A stretch of DNA of 63,910 nucleotides, counting the filler, from Octopus bimaculoides (taxonomy: Eukaryota), in NCBI RefSeq assembly GCF_001194135.2. It is 4 parts of 4 records of this genome, joined end to end, with 100 filler letters (N's around TTAATTAATTAA, not from the genome) between each part and the next. Parts side by side here need not be neighbours in the genome. Positions count along the whole stretch, not along the records: positions 31,579 to 62,793 come from NC_068983.1; 3 more parts are not named here. One strand, written 5' to 3'. Below the pieces are notes generated by a model. It was not told the DNA's origin. It did not search any database and worked only from the letters and a program-made list of their open reading frames with translations. Position 1 is the first letter of the stretch. Each line of letters opens with the position of its first letter. The translations under genes were made by a program, and so were the position numbers. Positions 42,157 to 53,410 of the stretch are shown here, one piece after another.

Positions 42157-42769
42157 ACTACAGATTCCTCTGCAAATTTAAGATGTATAGAAATCTCGCT
42201 TTATGAGACACTATCATATATTAAATTCAAATTATGACAAACGTAAATAAACAAACGAAGTTTGCTTTTAGAAGTGTTGAGATGTCTTAGAAAGTTAAAG
42301 AAGTGATTTTAAATTCTCAATCGCAATATATANNNNNNNNNNTTGTAAGCACAATTTATATAATTTGTTGTGGTTGTTTGGAACTTCCGCATTGGATGTT
42401 CCACGTCCAATTGGATGCTTAACCTCAGCAAATGATCGGGGGTCACTTTATTACACTGTTACAGAGATCAAATGCCTGAAGTTGGACAAATGATGAAACT
42501 TTTTATAAATGTGTTCAGAGAAAAATAGACAGAGAGCAAATGGTGTAGGGGAAGAGGAAAAGAGATGGGATTATAATTCAACAAAAATGGAGAAAAGTAT
42601 AATGGACAGCAGTAAAAGGATACAAAATTAAAAAAGCTATAAATACAAAATAGAGAAAATTAAATATATATATACACACACATACTGGATTACCTGTGAC
42701 CTGTTGGGTCACCGGGTAAGTCTGAGTTTCCCAGCAACAGAGTTTTGTTTCATAGGGATCTATTTTCTT

Positions 42770-43945
42770 TTCCAGTGATGACCTTGCTCTAATAGCTGAG
42801 TCACTGCCAGAACTAGAAATGAAGTTTAGGGTGTGGAAGCAAGTACTAGAATTGAAGGGCCTTCAAGTTAACCTAGCAAAAACCAATGTCTGAGTAAGTA
42901 GGAAGACTGACAAATCACAAACTTCTTCAGGTAGATGGCTCTCCTCAATCTGTAGAAAAGGCGTGGGTAGAAACTCCATACGATATACCCAGTGTAAGCT
43001 ATGGACACATAAAAGGTGCAGCAATATCAAAGGAAGGTTAACTGGGAAGATAGTTTTTGTGTGTGGCAGATGTAAAGGAGCAATAAACATTGAAAATGTA
43101 CAGAAAACAGATTCCATCACTTGCCAGGGGGAAAAACTAGAAGTAGTTGATAGCTTCCACTACCTAGGCAACCAAGTCTGTAGTGGGGTAGGGTTGCTCT
43201 GAGAGTAAAGCGGCTAGAATAAGAATAGCCTAGGCAAAGTTCAGGGAGCTCCTATCTCTGCTGGCAACTAAGGGCCTCTCGTTCAGGATGAAAGGTAGAC
43301 TGTAAGTTGCATGTGTGCAAACTGCCGTGCTACACGGCAGTGAAACATGAGCCATGACTGCTGAAGACATGCGTAGGTTTGAAAGAAATGAAGCTAGTAT
43401 GCACCACTGGATATGTAATGTCAGTGTGCATATACGACAGAGTGTGAGCACCCTGAGAGAAAAGTTGGACATAAGAAGCATCAAATGTGGTGTGCAAGAG
43501 AGATGACTGCAGTGGTATGGTCATGTGTTACATATTGATGAGGGCAGGTGTGTGAGGAAGTGCCACTTCCTAACTGTGGAAGAGGTAGACCCAGGAAGAC
43601 ATAGAATGAGGTGGTGAAGCATGGTCTTCGAATTTTGAGCCTCACAGAAGTAATAACAGGAGGCCGAGACTTTTGGAGATATGCTGTGGTTGAGAAGACC
43701 TAGCAACTAAAGTGAGATCGCAGCCATGGCTGATGCCGGTGTTGCATGTCTGGCCCATTTAAGTGTACCCTGGCATGTAAAAAGCACCCACTCCACTCAG
43801 GGTGGTTGGTGTTAGGAAGGGCATCCAGCTGTAGAAGCATTGCCAGATCAGGTTGGAGCCTGGTGCAGCCACTGGCTCTCCAGACCTCAGTCAAACCGTC
43901 CACCCTATGCCAGCATGGAAAATGGACATTAAACGATGATGATGT
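42770..43945 (+). mobile_element. RTE-clade LINE 3' portion (RT C-terminus, 3'UTR, GAT tail)
   Basis: DDLALIAESL...KGLQVNLAKT, Cys/His-rich insert, YLG, LHGSET, LQWYGHV, GRPRKT. 3'UTR ends in (GAT)n. Confidence 0.9.
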
Positions 43946-45121
43946 TATTTCACATGCTTTCAACGAGGTGGTGCACCAGCATGACCGCAGCCACCTGGCT
44001 GAAACCCATAAATAAAAAATTTTAAAAATCTTGTGTAAATGGCTCCTTTCCCCAGAAAGGAAAGATTTGGTTGCTATTTCTTGCACACCCTACTACCACA
44101 TAACAGGTATTTCTGATTCTTTGTCGCAAATAGCTGCTACATGGTAGCATGGTGTACTAGAAATAGCAGCAAAATCTTTGGAGGTTAGATACGTTGAATG
44201 CACTCAAAAAATACCTATGGAAAAATAAGTCATTTTGACTTTAAAATATTTTTTAGATATGTCAAAATAATTTTTTGTAATGGTACTCACTTGAAATCAA
44301 TTAAAAAAACGTTAAAACATTGTCTGTTTAAAGAAAGCTAAAATATAAATACTTACTGTACAAACAACTTACATTTTTGAAATCACATTCACTTTAAAAT
44401 ATTTCTAAATGATTAAAATGTGTTTAACAAAAGCGAAAATAGTAACATTTACCATAAAAAAACAAATCGTATTTTTTTGTTTGTCAAGTCAGTGTCTAGT
44501 CGAAAGGTAAGAGTTTCTTCCCTTTTGGGATTAAATTCTTTTCGGAATATTTTCCCATTATGCACCGTTTTGGGTATTTATACCTTGAAACCCCTATCTC
44601 CACAACCACTTGTCTGATTTACAAGAAATTTGTTTTCTGTTTGTATTTACATTTCAGAGGGAACTTAATTCATAATATTTTCCTATTCGCCAGTTTGGCT
44701 GGGTAACATTGCAAACAAAATTCAAGCTGACTTTTAATGTATTATAGATATATAGAGGCAAATCAGAGAAAATATGACAAAAAAAAAAATAGTGGGAAAG
44801 ACAGGCACTGAAAACGTGTTTTGTAATAGTTAAATTTTTAAAAGAAAATTAAAGAGTTGAAAATGGATAAGCACTAATTGAGACAGACAGATGGTTACTG
44901 GAAAATAAATATACACTCAAATATTCAAGAACATTATGGTATGAGCAAGTTGTGACCTTACTCATGGTGGGAACTATCCCATAAACATTTAGACAGCATA
45001 GCTGCCAACAGATCACATTGTTTCAGTGAGACTTTGTATAAATACATATAGTTAAGTACAAAGGTATAGATTCACACATATATACTTGCATATATAGATA
45101 ACACTAAATTTAAAACCCTCG

Positions 45122-45163
<42 letters not shown>

Positions 45164-45869
45164 NNNNNNNNNNNNNNNNNNNNNNNNNNNNNNNNNNNNN
45201 NNNNNNNNNNNNNNNNNNNNNNNNNNNNNNNNNNNNNNNNNNNNNNNNNNNNNNNNNNNNNNNNNNNNNNNNNNNNNNNNNNNNNNNNNNNNNNNNNNNN
45301 NNNNNNNNNNNNNNNNNNNNNNNNNNNNNNNNNNNNNNNNNNNNNNNNNNNNNNNNNNNNNNNNNNNNNNNNNNNNNNNNNNNNNNNNNNNNNNNNNNNN
45401 NNNNNNNNNNNNNNNNNNNNNNNNNNNNNNNNNNNNNNNNNNNNNNNNNNNNNNNNNNNNNNNNNNNNNNNNNNNNNNNNNNNNNNNNNNNNNNNNNNNN
45501 NNNNNNNNNNNNNNNNNNNNNNNNNNNNNNNNNNNNNNNNNNNNNNNNNNNNNNNNNNNNNNNNNNNNNNNNNNNNNNNNNNNNNNNNNNNNNNNNNNNN
45601 NNNNNNNNNNNNNNNNNNNNNNNNNNNNNNNNNNNNNNNNNNNNNNNNNNNNNNNNNNNNNNNNNNNNNNNNNNNNNNNNNNNNNNNNNNNNNNNNNNNN
45701 NNNNNNNNNNNNNNNNNNNNNNNNNNNNNNNNNNNNNNNNNNNNNNNNNNNNNNNNNNNNNNNNNNNNNNNNNNNNNNNNNNNNNNNNNNNNNNNNNNNN
45801 NNNNNNNNNNNNNNNNNNNNNNNNNNNNNNNNNNNNNNNNNNNNNNNNNNNNNNNNNNNGGTGTGGCAC

Positions 45870-46036
45870 TTTTTCACGCAGCTATCCTCATCCATTCTCA
45901 CCACATGTCCATACCAGCGCAATCGTCTCTCTTGCACACCACAACTGATGCTTCTAATGTTCAGCTTTTCTCTCAAGATACTTACACTCTGACGGGTATT
46001 CACATTGACATTACACATCCAACGGAGCATACTGGC
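45870..46036 (-). mobile_element. RTE LINE fragment between a gap and the mariner
   Basis: MLRWMCNVNV...VQERRLRWYGHVVRMDEDSCVKKC. Confidence 0.85.
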
Positions 46037-46053
46037 TTATATATATATATATA

Positions 46054-47213
46054 TTGGGTCATCCCATAAATAATGCAGTTTTTTATATTTCTTTTATTTT
46101 TCGAAATTAAAATATACTCTCCTTCATTTTCTACAATGCTCTTCCATCTATCTGGTAGACTTGCAAAGCCCCTCTTCCAGAATTCACTTGTCCATAATGA
46201 AAAATACTTCTCCAGTACTGTTCTGACTTTGTCTAGAGAATTCATATTTTTTCTGTCCAAATTATTTTGAAGACTGTGGAATAAATGATAATCAGATAGG
46301 GTAATGTCTGGTAAATATGGTGGGTGTGGCATCGTTTCCTATTCAAACTACCCCAGCCTTTTGAATGTCATCCTTGCTGTATGTGGTCAGGCATTATCCT
46401 GATGGAAGAACACCTTTTGTCTTGAAACCAAAGAGGGTTTTTCTTCCAGCGCTGACTTAAGCTGCTTGCAGTAGACCTCCTTTGTTATTGTTTGGTTTGG
46501 GTTTCAAAGTTCAAAGTGGACTAAACCTTTCATATCCCACCAAACAGATAACAACACCTTACGTGAGTGAAGACCTTCTTTAGCCTGGGGTGCTGGTGTT
46601 TCTCCTTTCCCTACTCACTGTCTTCAGTGCTTGACATTTTTATCGAGAATCTATTTCTCATCACTATTCGGTCCAAAAAAAGCTTCATTCATGAGCTGTG
46701 ACAGCAAAGAAGAGCACATATTCACTCTCTGCACACGATTAGACTGAGAAAGTTTGTGAGGAACCCATTGACCCAATTTGCTGGCTTTTCTGATGGCAGA
46801 CAGGTATTGATGAATGGTTGAATGACCTACTCCTAGCTTCTCTGCTAGTTATGATGAGATTTTGTCCCACCATAGTTTGTATGACATCCTCGTTGAGCTC
46901 TACTGATCTTCTAGGTTGTTTCCTGCTCGGAATTTCTGAAACCAGTGTTGACACTGGCTTAAGCATATTGTCCGATCCCCATATACTGCTTTAACATTCC
47001 TTCTATTTTCCATTGCATTGTTGCCTTTATCAAACTCATAAAGCAAAATATGCTCCTTTGTCACTTTCATTATAGTTTTGAAAAATAACTTTAAATCGAA
47101 CTGCACTCTTCAAAGCTTGCTCTAAGAATAAAGTACAAGGTAAAATTACTACCTGTTTTTATAGCAAGTTGATGCAGGTAGTTTATCCCTCTGACTTTTA
47201 TGGGATGATCCAA
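46054..47213 (-). mobile_element. Near full-length Mos1/Hsmar-type mariner, transposase pseudogene
   Basis: TIR TTGG(G/A)TCATCCCATAAA at both ends with TA flanks. Minus-strand fragments LLYEFDKGNNA...WFQKFRAG and HPPYLPDITLSDYHLFHSLQN...LPDRWKSIVENEGEYI. Confidence 0.92.
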
Positions 47214-47364
47214 TATATATATGGATCAAAACTGGAAATTTCAAAGCATCACACTTTGAAGCTTTAAGTACCAAGGAATTTGAATCAAAGTGTTTTGATC
47301 CATACATGTGACTCCCAATAGATGTGTTGGGTGCCCTTCTTTTGTTTGTCCACTCACTCGGGTG

Positions 47365-47398
<34 letters not shown>

Positions 47399-47560
47399 GA
47401 TGTATATATACACATAATGAGTAATGAAGCCTCTGGGGCCAGAAACCCCCATTTCCTGGAGTAAGTATGACTACTTAGTAGGGAGGTAACTCTTTGCACA
47501 GTAACTTTTCTTAAAATTTGCTAAAGTATATTATTTACCCTTTTTTATTGACATTTAGTG

Positions 47561-47895
47561 AAAGCGCATGGCTCAGTAGTTGAAGCATCAAGCTTACGAT
47601 CATGAGGTTGTGAGTTTTGAATCCCAGACCAGGCTGCGTGTTGTGTTCTTGAGCAAGACGCTTTATTTCACATTGCTCCAGTTCATTCAGCTGTAGAAAT
47701 GAGTTGCGACGTCACTGGTGCCAAGCTGTATCGGCCTTTGCCATTCCCTTGGATGACATTGGTGGCATGGAGAGGTGGGGGCTGATACTCATGGGCGACT
47801 GCTGGCCTGCCATAAACAACCTAGCCTAGACTTGTGCCTGGGATGGTAACTTTCTAGGTGCAATCCCATGGTCATTTGTGACTGAAGAGGGTCTC
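47561..47895 (+). mobile_element. tRNA-derived SINE, further family
   Basis: GAAAGCGCATGGCTCAGTAG...GAATCCCAGACC head, then CTTGAGCAAGAC. Confidence 0.7.
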
Positions 47896-48280
47896 CGCAA
47901 TATATACATTTATATGTGTGGATATACCTGAATGTACATATATATATGTGTGGTATATATCTACATATATATAAAGCTCAGTATGTGTGTGTGTGTAAAC
48001 CCACATAACTTCTGAAGTTCACAACTGATTTTCTTCAAACTGGGAACATACATTACTTATGTTCCAGAGATGGTTTCAGACTCTTAAAATTTTTCACATA
48101 ATGAGTTATGAGGCCTCTGGGGCTAGAAAACCACCTTTCCTGGTGTAAGTATGACTACTTAGTAGGGAGGTAACTTTTCTTAAAATTTGCTAAAATATAT
48201 TATTTACCCTTTTTTTATTGACATTTCATTATTAACGTACAATTGTCATCTTAGTTTATTACATCATATTTCTTGACATA

Positions 48281-48490
48281 ATGTCTTTAAACAAGAAATC
48301 CTCTATTAGTTGGGAAATGGTGGTAGCAGAGAAATTGAAAAGAAGAGCAAATGAATCCTCACATGAGACTTCAATTAGACAATCACAAAATACTGCATAT
48401 GCAGCTAATGCAAGATCAACAGAAAGTGATGGACAGCATAGTATTCGTCTGGCAACGAATGCTGCATTAACAGCTTCAGCCAATCCCCCC
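48281..48490 (+). mobile_element. Helitron-like RepHel N-terminal remnant
   Basis: KLKRRANESSHETSIRQSQNTAYAANARSTESDGQHSIRLATNAALTAS resembles the 'E(S/T)..Q...RL' repeats at Helitron N-termini. Confidence 0.45.
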
Positions 48491-49608
48491 ACCACCATGT
48501 TTCTTTCATATAAATTTCTCTTGTGGTGCTGTTGAGCACAGTCACAGGCTTAATTTATCACATAGATGTAATTCTTATGTCCGCTGATTGTTCAGCATGG
48601 TAATAGCAGCACAAACAGCTGCAAAGGAGAGTATATCCACTGAGAACTTTTTGGTGCACTCAAAAATCACATACCCCCACCCATCCACTTTTCTATGACA
48701 AGGTTAGGGCCTGGAATATTCCAAGCAGACGCATGACATGTCACTTAGTCGAATTAGCCCGTCATTTACTCAACAAATGTTTTGTCATCAATGCTGTGCT
48801 TCCCTGTATCACGTTTCAACTTAACTGTAACCACATATACAAACTATGCCATTTAAATCTCAAGCAACACCAGGTATATCTGCTAGTATATATGTATAAA
48901 TGTATGTGCATGTGAATCTATATCTTTGTACCAAATTATATGTGTCTTTATACTTAGTCCCATTGAAATATACAAAGTGACCTGTTAGTATCTATCCTAT
49001 CTAGGTGTCTATGAGATAGTTTCCTCCAAGTGTAAGGTCATGACCCACTCATACCATTTATTTTCTTGTAAATTTTATATATCTATTTACCAATTTCCAT
49101 CTGTCTGCCTCAATGTGTGTCCATTTTTAACACTTAGTTTAAGAAACTGACCTTTACAAAACCCAATGTTTTCATCTTCCTGTCTTCCCCTGCTTCTCTC
49201 TCCTTTTGCCATAATTTATATTCTTTTTCTTTAACCTGTTTGTATATATTTCTCTTTATATCTGGTGTATATTTTTATTTAATTTTCACATACATATATA
49301 CACATATATGTGTCACTAAAGTGACTTAGGGTGCTCTTCTGCACCAGTATTGTTAGAAATAAGAGTCAAAACAACTCATAGCATGATAACGCATCGTCTT
49401 ATTTACTGACAAGGGAGACAAGTTCCCTAAGCACTGGGCATAGGCAGATCACCAGTGATTTCATGTTTATATTAACACTGATCAGCGGCTGAGACTGGAA
49501 ACTTGGATTAAACTCAACTCGCCTTGTCAGTTTATAAGATCACCGTAGAAATATATATTTTTGCCTTTTGGTTGAAAAGTTACATTTATTTTATATAAAT
49601 ATATATAT

Positions 49609-50075
49609 ATCATCATCATCATCATCATTGTCGTTTAACGTCCACTTTCCATGCTAGCATGGGTTAGATGATTGAAATGGTGTATTTTATGTGCCACCTG
49701 CACAGGAGCCAGTCCATCGGCACTGGCAACGATCTCGCTCGAATGTCTTTTCATGTGCCAGAAAGGCGACGTTGGTAACGATCAACGGCCACGCTCGAAA
49801 TGGTGTATTTTACGTGTCACCTGCACAAGAGCCAGTCCATTGGCACTGGCAACGATTTCGCTCGAATGTCTTTTCATGTGCCACTGGCACAAGTGCCAGG
49901 AAGGCGACGTTGGTAACAATCACGCTGGAGCTGTATACGTGCCACCGGCACGGAAGCCAGACAGCTGCTCTGGCAACGATCGCGTTCGGACAGTGCTCTT
50001 AGTGCTCCACTGGTACAGGTGCCATCATGATTTCGCTTTCGCTTGCCCCAACAGGTCTTCGCAAGCAGAGTTTAG
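49609..50075 (-). mobile_element. RTE LINE 3'UTR end with duplicated subrepeats
   Basis: CAT tail at 49609. Two copies of AAATGGTGTATTTTA(T/C)GTG(C/T)CACCTGCACA(G/A)GAGCCAGTCCAT...CTCGAATGTCTTTTCATGTGCC. Confidence 0.8.
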
Positions 50076-53000
50076 TGTTCCTAAGGATACCTTATTTCAT
50101 TATGAAACCATAATATACTACTGAGAACATTAAAGGCTTATAAGTCAATACTCTGCCCCATCTGGGTTAGCAGGTGGGGTACAGTTTAAAGTTATCTGTA
50201 CAAATATTCTATAGAAATTAGAGCCAGCACTGAAAGTTATAATGTTTCATGTACGAATATGTCTATGTAAACAATGCAATTGAAGATAGAAAACTAGGTA
50301 ATGGGTGTCTATGCATATTCCAGTTCTCGCTCCTTCTTCAGCGTCACATACAACCCATTAACCATACACAAACCAACACAGCTTAAATAGCCACCAAATA
50401 TAGTGATAACATAATTGGATATACCGATTTTACATAATAAGCATGTTCTTGGCAACTGGTACGTACATATTAATTGCTGGTAGGGACACCAATTATGTTA
50501 CAACCTTACCAGCTCCTGCCAACCGTCCAACCCTTGTAAAGTGGACATTAAATTGATAATGGTGCAGGTGATCAGTGATGCATATGATTAGGAAAGATAG
50601 GCAAGAGTATATGATTGACAGTATTAAAAAGAGGTAAATAGCAGCAGAATAGTAATAATGGGAAAATGGGAGAGAGAATTTGATAGGTTGCAAGAGTGGA
50701 GGGGTGAGAAGCAAGTATAGTGCATGAGAAGAGTGAGAGATCTGGTGGCACAGAAGAATGATCAATGTAAAATGTGGGACAGTGTTAAGAATGAAGGATG
50801 AATATCTTGTGAAATGGTTCTGGGTAATGAGAAAGATAAGTAGTATCAAGAAAGAGCTGGGGAAATATGTAATTCTCACATTTAATCACACCAACAGAAT
50901 ATTGCAGTTAGGCAGATGATGGAGGAGTCAATAACAGATGATGAGTGGTGGGGAAAGGTTGAGGAGGAAAATAGGAAAGAGGCCCAGTTGTGCATGTATT
51001 ACATTGTGCTTCCAGAATCTCAGTTGACAAGATGGGCAAGTCTTCTTTAGTATCACATGTTATTAGTCATCCTGGTCCTTTGTTATCTTGATGAGGTTCA
51101 AGGGTCTGAGATCAGCTTTCACCACTTTGGCCCATGTCTTCTTGAGTCTCCCTCTTGCATAAGTTTCATCTACATTAAGTTATTAGCATTTCTGTATAAA
51201 GCTGTCCTCATCCATCTGCATCACAAGCCTATACCAGAACAGTCTTGTTTCTTGTATACTACTAGATCTGATATCTCTTATGCCTGATTTTTCTCTTAAC
51301 ACATTTGTATTTTGTCCTTAATGCACACCCAACATAGCGTGCTAGCTTAATTTAATTTCATTCCAGTATATAGAAATCAGTATTTTATTTTTTTAAATTT
51401 TTTTTATTTTTTATTTTTTGCTAAATACTGAGTCGTTACAACCACTATAACTTGGCAAGATAGATAAGTACACTTGTAACTTTTTTTTTCTGCAGTTTAT
51501 CATCATTGGTATGTTGGACAAAGTTTTGGCCATAACGTTTGCTTGTCACAAACAAAATATTTTTATTTCAAAGTTGTACTTGTTTAGCAAGTGGCATGAA
51601 TTTTTGTGTTACCATCAAAAGTCACTAAACAATTCACAATATTTGAATGGAGTCATTGATGAACAGAGTTGCAGATCAAAGTCATTACAACTGTATGTTG
51701 AATGAAAAAGCTATACAAATTTCTTTCCTATTTTTAATTTGAATAAAGACAGGACTTTTTTCTTTTTTTTTTTTTTTGACAATTTCCTTTCTTAGAAATT
51801 TAAAGGTATTATTTTGATTNNNNNNNNNNGTATTATTTTGATTGCCATAATAAACATCGTTTTTTTTTTTCCTCCCTTTTTAGTCATTTTTGTCTAAGCC
51901 ACAAAAGCCTCAAATTTATTTTTGGTGAAGTGTGAGAATTTGTGTTGCCATACTTCTCTCAAGCAACACATTACCCAACAAGGTGGCATATATGTTGCTG
52001 CATGACTTACTAGAAATAGCAGCTGAATCTCCTTTATATTCACACTCTACTATCTTCAAAAATAGAAGTATAAATCAGATACCTTGTCCCTCATTTTCAA
52101 AGATAATCATGACTCCATCTTTTTAACAATGATGGCACTTATTAAAGATCATCAGTAGCAAAAACTTCATCAATGAGGGCAACTAGAGAATCATAGCTGC
52201 TCCTGCATATAATACAGCTTTTGTGTGTACTTATGAACAAGGAAACTACTGAAATGGCAGTATTTCATTGATATAGATGCACATGATGCCCTGATTACTG
52301 CAATGAAGGCCTACCATCTATTTGTGGTTGCAAGATGTTTGAGTCTTGACTTGAGCTGTAATTCAATAATGGTGAGGGAGATTTGTGTTAGACCAGCATC
52401 ACTGTCATCCCTGACATTCTAAACCAGTGGCAAGATGAGCTGAGACAGGAAGTTTACCAGAGAGGCAGTGGAATAACAAGGGTGATCTTTATGTCTCACA
52501 GCAGTATTGTTGGATATTGCCTTTTGACACTTGTTTAATAGAAATCCAAACCTCACTTAATTGCAAGCCCTTAAAGAATTTCAGAGAATTTAAGACTTTA
52601 TAACCTCTAGCTAGTTTTGCTAGCCAGTTGAGTAGCGAACTAGAAGGTGTTACACCATCTTGCTAATTTAGCAGAAATTCCTAGTGAATGAAGTATTCCT
52701 TCCATTCCTCCTGTACATTGGATAATATAGTCCTAGATACACCACACCCCAGGAAAAAGATCTCATCTTGCATCCCGTTGATCATGAGCTTCTTCGAACA
52801 GGTCTGACGTCGGCTTATACAAAAGTATAATGCACATAAGTAGAATAAGTGAACAATCCACAATTAAAACAATATACGTGATTTGCTTTACTTCACCACA
52901 TTGTAAATGTGTTCACTATACAAAGAGAGACCCTAGAAAAGCAGAAATTGAAAGTTGTGACATTCAGTTTTTAAGTGTTAATCAGTCTGTTAATTAGTAC

Positions 53001-53379
53001 TTTTTTAAAAAATTTAATACATATGTAACTTTCTCACTTAAACTGGCATGACAGTATAATTACTGATCGATTAGATTAATCGTGGAAGGATTAAAGGTGA
53101 AAGCGACTCTAACGGGATTCGAACTCAACAAAAAGAGCTCCGCATCTCCACTGCTACAACGTAATTGGTGCCACATCACGTAGCTAAAAAAAGATAAGCT
53201 CCCTAATACCATTGAATGGTTATATTACACTAAAATAACCTACGAGCTGCAGGCTTCCTTACAGACTTAACATCTGCCTTTACACCTTTTTTGGTTTATC
53301 AGCGAGTAGTAACCTTCGCTGCTTTGCTACCAAATTAAACTGAATAAGGTAATTGTTTTTAAGTTAATTAAAGGACGTC

Positions 53380-53410
53380 TTTCATGTAAACTTCCGGTTG
53401 ATTCTAGCCG
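53380..53410. promoter_or_regulatory. ETS-type site ACTTCCGGT in a CpG-retaining, repeat-poor region (possible housekeeping promoter)
   Basis: ACTTCCGGT at 53390-53398. The region ~52700-55300 has few TEs and more CpG than the rest of the window. No transcript evidence. Confidence 0.3.
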
